Origin: Myxococcota bacterium
GTDB taxonomy: Bacteria; Myxococcota_A; UBA796; CAJQPC01
Direction: 5' to 3'
Assembly (NCBI GenBank): GCA_036229005.1
Contig: JAZAMN010000011.1
Span: forward strand, 128,001 to 192,000
Length of the DNA stretch: 64,000 nt
Shown in pieces: positions 1 through 10,306 of this stretch; positions within the stretch are counted from its first letter, which is position 1; each line of letters starts with the position of its first letter. The translations under genes and the position numbers were made by a program. The notes below the pieces were generated by a model. It saw nothing but the letters and a program-made list of their open reading frames with translations, ran no database searches and was not told where the DNA came from.

Positions 1-1
1 G

Positions 2-967
2 GCTGGCCTCGGCCTCTACAGCCTTGGTCTCTCCGATTTCAATGGCGATGGCTACGGGGATCTGGCAGTTGGCGGTGACGACCGCTACGGAGCAGTACAT
101 GTATGGACCGGCTCAGCGGCCGGCTACAGCCAAAGTCCTCAGCTGACATTCACCGCCCCCGAGTCAGGGCGGACCTCTTGGGGAGAGGGAATGGCCTCAA
201 TCCAAGTCGAAGACGGGACCACTGGCTTGGCCATCGGCGCTCCTGACGCCAGCATACCAGCCCTCTATCTATGGTTCGACCTGGTTTCGGCCACCAATCC
301 AGCCTCCAGTGCTGACCTGGTCGTGGAGGGAGAAGGTATCGGCGAGTCTCTCTCGAGCACAGCATCCGGCGACCTCGACGGAGATGGACAGGGCGATCTG
401 GTGCTCACTTTGGAGGACAGAGACATCGTTGCCCTTGGATACGGGCCCCTTCCCAGGGGAGTCATCCCTGTCGCCGACCTCGGTAGGCAACTCCACGCAG
501 AAGGGCTTGAGCCTGGAACCGGGCCAGCTGTCGGAGACTTCGATGGAGATGGCTACGACGACGGTGTCTTCGCAGACATCAGCACAGGCACACTCTACCT
601 TCATCACGGGTCAGCGTCCCGAGAGTGGGCAGACCACATCGCCGACACGGATGTCGTTATCGAGACCGGCTACGAAGGAGGCGGACTCGTAATGTCAGCG
701 GGGAGTCTCGTTTCCGAGACAGACCTGTTGGTGACTGTTCCCAGGTACGTCGAAGACAACTGGCAGGGAACCCTCATACAAGTCTTCTCATCCCCCATCT
801 CCGTAGACTCGAGCCCGGCGGTGACTGCCACCGGCGACGGTCGTTACTGTGGATTTGGGGTCGCCACCGCCGATCTGAACGGTGACAACGCGCCCGATCT
901 CATCGTGTCATGTCCTCTGGCAGAAGACCGCGGTCTGGCCTACATCCAATTTGGCCGAACACTCTAA
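2..967 (+). CDS. FG-GAP/integrin-like repeat protein, 5'-truncated by window edge
   Basis: Frame is open from position 2 (SDFNGDGYGDLAVG); further motifs GDLDGDGQGDLV, GDFDGDGYDD, ADLNGDNAPDLIV. Confidence 0.8.
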   Translation, partial: AGLGLYSLGLSDFNGDGYGDLAVGGDDRYGAVHVWTGSAAGYSQSPQLTFTAPESGRTSWGEGMASIQVEDGTTGLAIGAPDASIPALYLWFDLVSATNPASSADLVVEGEGIGESLSSTASGDLDGDGQGDLVLTLEDRDIVALGYGPLPRGVIPVADLGRQLHAEGLEPGTGPAVGDFDGDGYDDGVFADISTGTLYLHHGSASREWADHIADTDVVIETGYEGGGLVMSAGSLVSETDLLVTVPRYVEDNWQGTLIQVFSSPISVDSSPAVTATGDGRYCGFGVATADLNGDNAPDLIVSCPLAEDRGLAYIQFGRTL

Positions 968-2484
968 AAAATGATGTCCGCCCCCGCATCAATCCGGAGA
1001 CTGTAGGTCTGGGAGCACCCCTTCGTGACCCAACTTGATGGATAGATCCGCAGCGCCCAGTCGCTATCCGTCCCCCACTCCTTGGGCTTGGTCAGCCTCA
1101 ACACCCCCCCACCAGACACGCTGGCAGAGGTGTAGAGCACGCTCCCATTGTCAAGGTCGTACAGCTCCGCGACCCAAGCCCCGCTGGCAGGGAGGCTCGT
1201 GATTTGGACGGTGAAATAGGCTGACTCGAATAGGTTGTCGCCAACGTCGAAGACAAACCAGTCCTCGTCTCCTGGCCCCGACATTGTCAGGCCGGAGACC
1301 GACAGGCTGTCACCGCTCCACAACAAGCCATCAACCTCCCCAAAGTCATAGGCCCCCGCCTGCGACTCATTCTCTTCGTAACTGTCCCACCAGTCCTCGT
1401 TGTTGTCCCCATCGCAGTCCTGATCGACCCCGTCGCAGACCTCGGCCTCGCCAGGAGACACCTTGGGGTTGCCGTCATCGCAGTCCCCCATGTTCTCGGT
1501 GTAGCCGTCCCCGTCGTTGTCGTAGTTGTCGGGGTCGATCACGATGACCTGCGCGCTCGCGGATCCCTCGTTCCCGTCCTCGTCGACGGCCCGCAGTGTC
1601 AGGGTGTGCGTGCCCTCCATCAGCGAGAAGGATGAGGACACCTTGCCGGAGCTGTCCGCAGCCCCTCCCCACAGAGAGCCCTGCAGGTCCGAGTCGAAGG
1701 AGAGGGAGAGGGCATTGGGCGCCGTCAGATCATCGCCCACCGTCGCGGACAGCGTGATGGTGTCGGTCGTCCAGTGGTTGGCTCCGTCCTTCGGCGAGGT
1801 CAGCGTGACCGTAGGCCGGGCATCCTCCAGGATCTCGATGCCGACGGTGGCGCTCCCGACCTTGTCCTCCAGATCCAGGCAGCGCAGCGACAATGTCGCC
1901 GCCCCGATGCTGAGCCCGGTGAGCGCCTGGGTGACACCGCCGTTGGCCGCGGGGCTCCCCGTCCACAGCATGCCGTCGCGGGAAGAGACGATCTCGCAAG
2001 ACAGCTCCCCCGGAAGCTGGACGTCGTCCTCCACGAAGGCCACCACGTTGACCTCGGCGCTGGCAGGGAACGCGTCCCCCTCCATGGGGCCGATGATGTT
2101 CACGACCGGGGACCCGGGGACGTTCTCGCCGTTGCCGACCTCGATCTCGACCGTGGCCCGACCGGCCTCGCCCGAGGCGTCGATGGCCTCCAGCGTGATC
2201 ACGTGCGGTCCGGGAGAGAGGCCCGTGACCGGCAGCAGCACGACCCCGCTGGCGTCTGGGACCGCCGTGCCCAGCTCTCCATCCACAGAGGAGGCCCAGG
2301 TGACCTCCAGGGTCTGCGGGTCCTGCTGGTCGTCTCGGGCGATCCCCGCGAGCTCGACGCTGTCCCCGGGGGGAACGGCCATGCCCTCTTCGGGCGAGGT
2401 GATGCTCACCGAGGGCGGCGTGTTGTAGACGCCCACCTCATTGTCATTGCAGGCGACAAACGCCAGAAGGAGGACAGAGCTCAT
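964..2484 (-). CDS. Lipoprotein with tandem Ig-like domains and a Cys/Asp putative metal-binding (MopE-like) motif
   Basis: MSSVLLLAFVAC lipobox; repeated PxVxIxSP...beta-sandwich units; DNDGDGY..GDCDD..PGEAEVCDGVDQDCDG. Confidence 0.75.
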   Translation of the reverse strand: MSSVLLLAFVACNDNEVGVYNTPPSVSITSPEEGMAVPPGDSVELAGIARDDQQDPQTLEVTWASSVDGELGTAVPDASGVVLLPVTGLSPGPHVITLEAIDASGEAGRATVEIEVGNGENVPGSPVVNIIGPMEGDAFPASAEVNVVAFVEDDVQLPGELSCEIVSSRDGMLWTGSPAANGGVTQALTGLSIGAATLSLRCLDLEDKVGSATVGIEILEDARPTVTLTSPKDGANHWTTDTITLSATVGDDLTAPNALSLSFDSDLQGSLWGGAADSSGKVSSSFSLMEGTHTLTLRAVDEDGNEGSASAQVIVIDPDNYDNDGDGYTENMGDCDDGNPKVSPGEAEVCDGVDQDCDGDNNEDWWDSYEENESQAGAYDFGEVDGLLWSGDSLSVSGLTMSGPGDEDWFVFDVGDNLFESAYFTVQITSLPASGAWVAELYDLDNGSVLYTSASVSGGGVLRLTKPKEWGTDSDWALRIYPSSWVTKGCSQTYSLRIDAGADIIF

Positions 2485-2555
2485 CCGTTGATTCCCGTCC
2501 GGTGCCTGGGGCAGACCAGTATACAACGCGACAAGCACCTGCGAGGCGTTAGACG

Positions 2556-3569
<1,014 letters not shown>

Positions 3570-3571
3570 GC

Positions 3572-4468
3572 TCAGCCCTTCTTGCGGCGGTCCCCGAAGC
3601 GGCTGTCCGAGCGCACCGGGTTGGGATCCCGCGCCTCCCGGGCCTGCTGGCCGATGCCCTCCTCGGGAGAGAAGGCATCGATCTCACGCACCAGACGGCG
3701 CCGCGGCCGGGTCACGAACTCGGCGATGTTGTCGGCCACGCGGACACCAGCGGGCTCCAGCATGGGGTGGTGGCTGACGTCATCAAAGCGCCAGAGCACC
3801 GCACCGAAGTAGTCCGCCAGCAGCCTGGACTGGTGCAGCGTCACGATGGGGTCCTTGAAGCCATGGACCACCAACATCGGCGCCGAGATCGCGTCGCGGG
3901 GGATGTCCGGCCTCGACAGCCCGAGTTCGCGCGTCAGGCGGTTGGGCCAGGGGGTGAGTCGCTGCAGCGCCTTGGACTGCGCATCCGAGGGCAGTTGGTC
4001 GAAGCCGCAGTCCAGATACGCCTTCTCCGAGAGCGCCAGAGGACGTCCGCGCGCCAGTCCCATGAGCTGCGGCAGGAAGGAGCGGATCCCGGTGCGGGTC
4101 GGTCGCATCCACACCGCCTTGGGCGTCGCGCTGGCCACACATACCAGAGACTGCACGTCCACCTGCGAGGCCACCATCTGCGCGACCAGCCCCCCCATCG
4201 AGTGACCGATCAGAGCCACCGGCCCCTTGAGGGAGGAGAGGGATCTGGAGACGGACTCAGCGAGTTGGCCCAACCCCGGGTCCTGATCGCTCTGCGAACC
4301 ATGACCGGGCAGCTCGAGCGCAAGCGAGGACAGGCCGTGCTGTTCTGCCCAGCGCCGCTGATCCCGCTCCCAGATCCATGGCCCCAGGCCAATGCCGTGA
4401 AGCAAGACCAGGGTCGGCCCATCTGAGGAGCCTTCAACCAGCACACCGGGGAGATCGCCAAATCGCAT
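3572..4468 (-). CDS. Alpha/beta hydrolase (start uncertain, 4468 or further upstream)
   Basis: LVLLHG, GHSMGG nucleophile elbow, HGFKD, SHH. Confidence 0.85.
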   Translation of the reverse strand: MRFGDLPGVLVEGSSDGPTLVLLHGIGLGPWIWERDQRRWAEQHGLSSLALELPGHGSQSDQDPGLGQLAESVSRSLSSLKGPVALIGHSMGGLVAQMVASQVDVQSLVCVASATPKAVWMRPTRTGIRSFLPQLMGLARGRPLALSEKAYLDCGFDQLPSDAQSKALQRLTPWPNRLTRELGLSRPDIPRDAISAPMLVVHGFKDPIVTLHQSRLLADYFGAVLWRFDDVSHHPMLEPAGVRVADNIAEFVTRPRRRLVREIDAFSPEEGIGQQAREARDPNPVRSDSRFGDRRKKG

Positions 4469-4541
4469 CCCCCTCGACCTAGCCCATCCAGACGCTGAAC
4501 GCACCTTGGCTTGGGCCAGCAACGCACTTAGCTTCCGGAAC

Positions 4542-5816
4542 ATGCTGCTGCTCCTGATCTCCTGTTGGACCAAAGAGATCCCCGCACACCTGCAGCCAGG
4601 GCTGGCTGCCCCGGTGACCGCTCCTGTGTCTGCCCCGGTGGACCTGTCAGAGGCGATGGACCGCCTGGTCGCTCGGGATCCCCTGCTCCGCCGGCCCGAT
4701 CTCGACGCAGCGGCCCAATGGCCTCCGCTGGATCCCGCTCTGAGCGCCTACCTGGACAGGGTGGCCGAGCAACCCGCTGAGCCCGCAGCCTTCCAGTCCC
4801 TGGAACAGGAGCACCCCGGAACGGTCGCGGTCGTGCTGGCCCGAGGCTGGCGACTCGCCGCCATCGAGCACTTCGGCACCCAGCTCAGCTCCAGCCTCCC
4901 GCTCCAACGCCAGGCTGGGCTGTGGCTCATGCCCTTTGGCGCCAGCGGTGTGACTCCCCAGGACCGGGGTCCCTGGAGCTGGCTGCCCCCCGATCAGATC
5001 CTCACCTATGCTGAACAGTGGGTCCTCCGCGCTTGGCTGGAGGCACCGGACCTTCCCCAGCAAGCCCTGGCGGAGACTCTGTCCGACCCGACCTTCGACC
5101 GGCTCGCCCTCTCCCCAGAGGGCCTGATCCTGAGCGCCCCCCGCGCCGGCGATGCCGACCTCAAAGCGCTCAATGACCTGGTCACGCTCTTCTTGGAGTC
5201 GGTCGCGGCAGACAGCAACAGCGAGCAGGCCCGACACCGGGAGAACATCGAGGCCCTGGAGGAGCAACTTGGGGTGGAGCACGCCGCACTCGAGACCTAC
5301 GCCCAGTCGGTCCGGCTGGAGCTCGGCTCTGCAGGCGGTGACCGGGGACGCGGGGGCGCCTTGATGGCCTGGCAAGTAGAGCGCTGGCTGGATCCCTCCC
5401 GCGGCTGGGGCCTGGACCGCAGCGAGAACCTGCAGAGAGCCGCCCGGTGGGATCCCAGCCTTGAGGCGCCCGCCGCAGTCCTTCAGGTCGCACTCCTCAA
5501 GGACCTCGTGGACCGACTGGAGGTCGGACTCAAGAGAGGCCGCATCACCCACCTGCTGCCTCCGCTGGCCGACGCACTGAACGGAGTGGGGCACGCCCGC
5601 CTCCCCATGCGATGGCTGGAGCGTCCTGGCCCTGAGCCGGCGACCTGGTTGGATCTGACCCGGGCCGCGGGAGCGCCGGATGGCACCACCCCAGAAGAGG
5701 GGCTCGCCGCGCTCAACGCACTGCTCGCCGAGCGGTGCACGGTGGCGCTGAGGAACACGCTGCCGTCGGAGCAGCGCGCGCTCATCGAGCGCATCCAACG
5801 CAAGGCCACCCAGTGA
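4542..5816 (+). CDS. Hypothetical protein, possible lipoprotein
   Basis: Long ORF; MLLLLISC N-terminus; GTGA overlap with next gene. Confidence 0.6.
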   Translation: MLLLLISCWTKEIPAHLQPGLAAPVTAPVSAPVDLSEAMDRLVARDPLLRRPDLDAAAQWPPLDPALSAYLDRVAEQPAEPAAFQSLEQEHPGTVAVVLARGWRLAAIEHFGTQLSSSLPLQRQAGLWLMPFGASGVTPQDRGPWSWLPPDQILTYAEQWVLRAWLEAPDLPQQALAETLSDPTFDRLALSPEGLILSAPRAGDADLKALNDLVTLFLESVAADSNSEQARHRENIEALEEQLGVEHAALETYAQSVRLELGSAGGDRGRGGALMAWQVERWLDPSRGWGLDRSENLQRAARWDPSLEAPAAVLQVALLKDLVDRLEVGLKRGRITHLLPPLADALNGVGHARLPMRWLERPGPEPATWLDLTRAAGAPDGTTPEEGLAALNALLAERCTVALRNTLPSEQRALIERIQRKATQ

Positions 5817-6703
5817 GCCTCCTCGTGGAGCGCTTCGAGCGCCTCAGATTCAAGGCGCTCTGGCAACTGGGCGCCGACCCCGTGGAGCTCGAACGCCTGG
5901 AGCGCGAGGTCCTCCTGACCGCGCCAGCCCACCCACTGGTCATGAACCACCGGGCCCGCCTGGCGCTCCCAGAGACCGAGCTTCCGCCCCCGCCCCGCGG
6001 TCTGTCCGGCATCGCCAAGGCCTGGCTGATGGGGGACATCCGGGCAGCCCGCGGCCTGGCGGAGAAGCACAAGGGACCTCGGATCCAGGTGATCCGCGGA
6101 GACCTGGCGCTGGCGGAGCGGGCCCACCAGCAGGCGCTGGAGCACTACTCGCTCGCCGAGCGCGTCTTTGGGACCCACCCTCCGCTCCTGGCCCGTCAGG
6201 CCAGATGCCACCTCTCCCTGGGCGAGCACCAGCAAGCCAAGCAGCGGGTTGTCCTCGCGCTCTCCATCAATCCACTCTACGGGTCCGCGCGGACCCTGCG
6301 CTGGGAGGTGGGCGCACATGCAGGGACCAAGCTCCGCCCCGTCCCCCTCCAGGCCCCTATCCAGGTCAAACAGGGCAGCCTGTTCATCCCCAAGGACATG
6401 GACGAAGAGAGCCAGCGGGTCTGGCAAGCCTGGTACCAGGGCCTGCTGCGAGAGGACCCGACACGTCCGCCGCGCAGCCTCGCCCACGAGGCGCTGCTCT
6501 CCGCCTTTGGCAGCCGAAGCATCCACCACGAGGGGACCCAGGCCCTGTGCGAGCTCCTCGCACTGTGGCGAGGCCAAGAGCTCCTGGGGTCCTATCAGTG
6601 GAGCATGGGCCTGACCCCTGAGCGGGCACCGCAGTTCCGGAGCTGGCACGACCTGAACCAGGATGCCCTCCACCGATTCTGGGACCAAGGCATCGAGGCC
6701 TGA
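5813..6703 (+). CDS. Hypothetical TPR-like protein
   Basis: GTG start overlapping upstream TGA; helical TPR-like stretch (GDLALAERAHQQALEHY...ARCHLSLGEHQQAK). Confidence 0.6.
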   Translation: MSLLVERFERLRFKALWQLGADPVELERLEREVLLTAPAHPLVMNHRARLALPETELPPPPRGLSGIAKAWLMGDIRAARGLAEKHKGPRIQVIRGDLALAERAHQQALEHYSLAERVFGTHPPLLARQARCHLSLGEHQQAKQRVVLALSINPLYGSARTLRWEVGAHAGTKLRPVPLQAPIQVKQGSLFIPKDMDEESQRVWQAWYQGLLREDPTRPPRSLAHEALLSAFGSRSIHHEGTQALCELLALWRGQELLGSYQWSMGLTPERAPQFRSWHDLNQDALHRFWDQGIEA

Positions 6704-6740
6704 GCCTCCCTCCCTTGCTCCGGCTTGAAGCCCGCAGAGC

Positions 6741-6768
6741 AAGAGAGCCCCGCCCGAAGGCGAGGCTC
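6741..6768 (-). terminator. Intrinsic terminator between convergent genes
   Basis: Minus strand GAGCCTCGCC-TTCG-GGCGGGGCTC followed by TCTT. Confidence 0.6.
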
Positions 6769-6788
6769 CCATCAGTCCCAGACCAGAC

Positions 6789-8690
6789 TCAGCTACCGGT
6801 GCAGGAGAAGTCGATGGTCATGGTGTCGGAGTCGGTGGCGCCGTAGCAGTCGGTGACCTGGAGACCCATGATCACGCTCGCGGTGTTGGTGCTGCCGTAG
6901 GTCGCGGAGACCCCGGAGACCGTGACCTCGGGGGTGTCGCTGCTGCTGTCGTCGATGGAGACGGTCGCGCCGTCGTTGTCGTCGACCGTCCAGCTGTAGG
7001 ACATCCAGTAGGCGGACTCAGCGTCACTGGAACCCGAGGCATCCAGGTCGAACTTGTAGTCGTCGCAGTCATCGCAGCTATAGGACGCGCCGTAGCTGAT
7101 GGCCTGGCAGGTCACGCTGTCGCTGTAGCTCTGGTCGCTACCAGCGTCCGCGACCGGCGCGGTGTTGCTGCCTGCTGCCGTGACCACGGCGGTGACGGTG
7201 GAGGGGTAGCTGTCAGCACCACCGTCGTTCACCGTCAGGGTGAAGACGTAGGTGCCGTCGACATCCGGGGTGAAGGTGGGGTTGGCAGCGGTGTAGTCGC
7301 TGAGATCGGAGGTGGTGGCCACCGAGGTCGCGGGCGCCGAGGTCAGCTCCCACTCGTAGGTCAGAACACCGGAACTATCGGGGTCGTAGGAGCTGGAGCC
7401 GTCCAGGTAGAGCACGCTGCAGTGCTCCAGGCTGGAGGAGCTGTCGTAGGTTCCAACCGCGATGGGCATGACCTCGGCATCACCGTCGCAGTCGTTGTCG
7501 ATGCCGGTCTCGACCTCGGGCGCGCCGGGGTAGACGGTGACGCTGGTGTCGTCACAGTCGCCGTCGTCGCGGGAGAACCCGTCGCCGTCGTGATCGATGT
7601 GGGAGCACAGCTCGTTCTCCTCACCCGGAGAGCCGGCGTCACCCAGCAGCTCCCAGGAGTCCAAGGAGGTGCACCAGTTGTTGACGTCGTCGTTCAACGT
7701 CGCGTCGACGCTGCCGGGATCCAGGTTGATCGAGCCACCATCGGGGTCCGGCATCGTGGCGCCATCATCCCAGCTCAGGCTGTCGATCACGACCCCTTCT
7801 GCGGACAGGGAGACGTCGTCACTCTCGTTGGAGAGCGAGATCCCCGAGTACTCGTAGTCGACGGTCATGTTGCCGTTGGTGGAGGTGTTCGAGTTCGCGC
7901 CCAGCACCAGGTACTCGCCCGCCCCGATGACCAGGGGGTCACCAGGAGCGATCACGTGCGACTCACTCCCGGACTGGATCTGGATGCCGGCGAGATTCAG
8001 ATCCCCGGCGGTGGTGTTGTAGATCTCGAACCACTCACCGTTCGGGTCGGTGATGTTCTTGGGGTTGTTCATCACCTCGGTGATGACCAACTCACCGCCT
8101 GCCCAGGGCAGCTCGTCCGTCATGCCGTCGCAGTCGTTGTCCACGCCATCACCGTCGACCTCGGTGTTGCCGGGGTAGGCGCTGGCGTCGGAGTCGTCGC
8201 AGTCGTCCTGGCACTGGGTCACGCCGTCACCATCGACGTCGTAGCCCTCGTCCACGAGGCTGTCGCCGTCGTTGTCCAGGCCGTCGCAGATCTCGCTGCC
8301 CACGCAGTCAGCGACACCGTCGCCGTCTGCATCAGCGAAGCCCTCGTCGACGCCACCGTCGCCGTCGTTGTCCAGGCCGTCGCAGTCCTCGACGTCCATG
8401 CAGTCCGCGGTGGAGTCGCCGTCGCTGTCTGCGAAGCCCTCGTCCGTCAGGCCGTTGCAGTTGTCGTCGACGCCGTTGCAGTCTTCGGTGCGGCCCGGGT
8501 AGACGTCGGCGTTGTTGTCGTCGCAGTCCCCGTCTTCCGCGGTGACGCCGTCAAGGTCGGCGTCGGTGGGGTCGGAGCTGTCTACGGGAATGGGCTCTTC
8601 GGAGTCCACCACGAGCTCGTCGTCCTTACAGGCGGCGAGCGTGAGGAGGAGGGAAGACGCGAACAGGGCCGATGCGGTCTTGATGTTCAT
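6789..8690 (-). CDS. Lipoprotein with putative metal-binding (MopE-like) repeats, lamin-tail domain and PKD-like domains
   Basis: LAAC lipobox; many DxDGDG..DCDD/E.CDGLDNDGD repeats; GELVITEVMNNP...GEWFEIYN (LTD); LDGSSSYDPD..LTYEW (PKD). Confidence 0.85.
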   Translation of the reverse strand: MNIKTASALFASSLLLTLAACKDDELVVDSEEPIPVDSSDPTDADLDGVTAEDGDCDDNNADVYPGRTEDCNGVDDNCNGLTDEGFADSDGDSTADCMDVEDCDGLDNDGDGGVDEGFADADGDGVADCVGSEICDGLDNDGDSLVDEGYDVDGDGVTQCQDDCDDSDASAYPGNTEVDGDGVDNDCDGMTDELPWAGGELVITEVMNNPKNITDPNGEWFEIYNTTAGDLNLAGIQIQSGSESHVIAPGDPLVIGAGEYLVLGANSNTSTNGNMTVDYEYSGISLSNESDDVSLSAEGVVIDSLSWDDGATMPDPDGGSINLDPGSVDATLNDDVNNWCTSLDSWELLGDAGSPGEENELCSHIDHDGDGFSRDDGDCDDTSVTVYPGAPEVETGIDNDCDGDAEVMPIAVGTYDSSSSLEHCSVLYLDGSSSYDPDSSGVLTYEWELTSAPATSVATTSDLSDYTAANPTFTPDVDGTYVFTLTVNDGGADSYPSTVTAVVTAAGSNTAPVADAGSDQSYSDSVTCQAISYGASYSCDDCDDYKFDLDASGSSDAESAYWMSYSWTVDDNDGATVSIDDSSSDTPEVTVSGVSATYGSTNTASVIMGLQVTDCYGATDSDTMTIDFSCTGS

Positions 8691-8912
8691 GGGACAAAGC
8701 TCCCGAAGTAGAAGGGCTGGTCAGACAACGTCCGACGGACAATACCGTGAAAAGCAGATGCCAGACAAGATTTCATCCATTTTTCCATGCAAGGTCGGGG
8801 GGACGGTGTCCAACCCACCCAACGTACTTCCAACGGCACACCACATCCACGGGTTGAAGCTGACCTTGCGCTGAACTCCTGAAAAAAGCGATCCCCTCCA
8901 AGAGTTTTCGGC

Positions 8913-8940
8913 TTGACGTTTGGCCACTGGACGATAGATG
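8913..8940 (+). promoter_or_regulatory. Putative sigma70-type promoter of tRNA-Gly
   Basis: TTGACG-16nt-TAGATG about 40 nt upstream of the tRNA. Confidence 0.45.
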
Positions 8941-8981
8941 GGTGGGGCTTCGCGAGGACATCTCGCTGGGCGAAGAGCTGC

Positions 8982-9057
8982 GCGGGAGTAGCTCAGTTGG
9001 TAGAGCACCAGCTTGCCATGCTGGCTGTCGCGGGTTCGAATCCCGTCTCCCGCTCCA
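8982..9057 (+). tRNA. tRNA-Gly (GCC)
   Basis: Cloverleaf GCGGGAG...; anticodon arm CCAGC-TTGCCAT-GCTGG; GTTCGAATC; encoded CCA. Confidence 0.97.
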
Positions 9058-9060
9058 TTC

Positions 9061-9090
9061 AAAAGCCGCCCTCCGGGGCGGCTTTTTTTC
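9061..9090 (+). terminator. Intrinsic terminator (likely bidirectional)
   Basis: AAAAGCCGCCC-TCCG-GGGCGGCTTTTTTT. Confidence 0.85.
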
Positions 9091-9115
9091 TCTGCCCCCG
9101 AAAGGTGCTTGCGGC

Positions 9116-10306
9116 TCAGGCTCCCTCCGCCTTGCCGTCCACAAAGCGCCTGCCCTTCCACTCCGACTCCACCCCGAAGAGAGAGCGGAGCAGGATCCAG
9201 GCGAACATCAGGTTCCCCAGTGGGTGCGTCAGGGCGTGGAGCCCGCTGCGTCCATCAGCCCGCTCCAAGCGAAAGCGGAAGGTGTGGATCAAGGCGATCA
9301 CCCCAAGCAGCCACGCCCCCCAGGGCCAGGTGGGCCCCGGCCAGATCCCAAGCAGGGAGCCCAGCCACGCCCCAAGCAGGGCGTAGGGCAGGAGCGTGCT
9401 GACCGCGATGAAGGTCATCGCTCCCAACGCGACCCCAGGTCGCCGGCCCATCCCCTCGTAGAGGTTCTTGCCGTATCCGGAGACGATCTCCGAGAGGCGC
9501 GTGTAGAGGCGGACCGAGAATGCCTCTGGGGCGTGGAACAGCCCCGTGGGCAGTCCGCGTTGCTTGAAGGCCTGAGCGAGCCGGACATCCTCCAGGACCT
9601 CGGCGCGGACGGCCTCGTGTCCCCCCAGGCTGTCGTAGGCCCCCCGTTCGACGAGGATGAACTGGCCGTTGGCGAAGGCCTCTCTGCGCCCGGGATCATT
9701 GATGGCGTCCAGGTCCACGGAGCCGCGGATGAACCACCCGATCACAGGGATCACCGCCACCTCCCAGAAGCTCTCGAGGGCCCAGTCTCCGAAGAGGGAG
9801 AGCAGCGCGAGCCCGCGAGCCTGCATCCGCGAAGCCGCCGTCCGCGCGGCCCATGGGGCGAGCCGAAGGTCCGCATCGACGAACAAGAGCTGCTCTCCCG
9901 CCGCCTCCCCAGCAGCGCGCTGACAGGCCCAAGGCTTCCCAGCCCAGCCCGCAGGAGGCTCCACGCCGGCGACCACCCTCAGGCGGGGATCTCCGCCGCC
10001 GGCATCCAGAGCCTCCTGGCGCGTGTTGTCCTCGCTCCGGTCATCAACGACGAGGACTTCGAAGTTGGGGTGGTCCTGGGTGAGCGCAGATCGCACGGCT
10101 GCCCCGATCTTCCCCTCCTCGTTCCGGGCAGGGATGCAGATGGAGAGCAGCGGGAGCTCCGCGGGGGTGGGCTCCTGAGCGTCCAGCCTGTGCCCGGTCC
10201 CCCAGCGACCGACTCCGAGCGCCAGGCCCGACCAGGTCAGGCTCATCAAGCCCAGGTAGCCGCCCGCGAGGACCGCAGAGAAGCCAGGGTCGGACCAGGT
10301 GATCAC
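9116..10306 (-). CDS. Membrane glycosyltransferase family 2 (CrtQ/HpnB-like)
   Basis: SICIPARNEE, VVDDRSED, GWAGKPWAC, LFVDAD, ANGQF, EDVRLA; terminal TM helices. Confidence 0.88.
   Translation of the reverse strand: MITWSDPGFSAVLAGGYLGLMSLTWSGLALGVGRWGTGHRLDAQEPTPAELPLLSICIPARNEEGKIGAAVRSALTQDHPNFEVLVVDDRSEDNTRQEALDAGGGDPRLRVVAGVEPPAGWAGKPWACQRAAGEAAGEQLLFVDADLRLAPWAARTAASRMQARGLALLSLFGDWALESFWEVAVIPVIGWFIRGSVDLDAINDPGRREAFANGQFILVERGAYDSLGGHEAVRAEVLEDVRLAQAFKQRGLPTGLFHAPEAFSVRLYTRLSEIVSGYGKNLYEGMGRRPGVALGAMTFIAVSTLLPYALLGAWLGSLLGIWPGPTWPWGAWLLGVIALIHTFRFRLERADGRSGLHALTHPLGNLMFAWILLRSLFGVESEWKGRRFVDGKAEGA

Noticed and set aside
8100..8560. Repeated GTCGTTGTCCAGGCCGTCGCAG-type DNA units
   Set aside because: Coding repeats of the Cys/Asp metal-binding motif within the lipoprotein, not a DNA element.
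8982..9115. tRNA-Gly (and tRNA-Leu) as island integration sites
   Set aside because: No integrase or duplicated tRNA 3' end seen; each tRNA is followed directly by a terminator.
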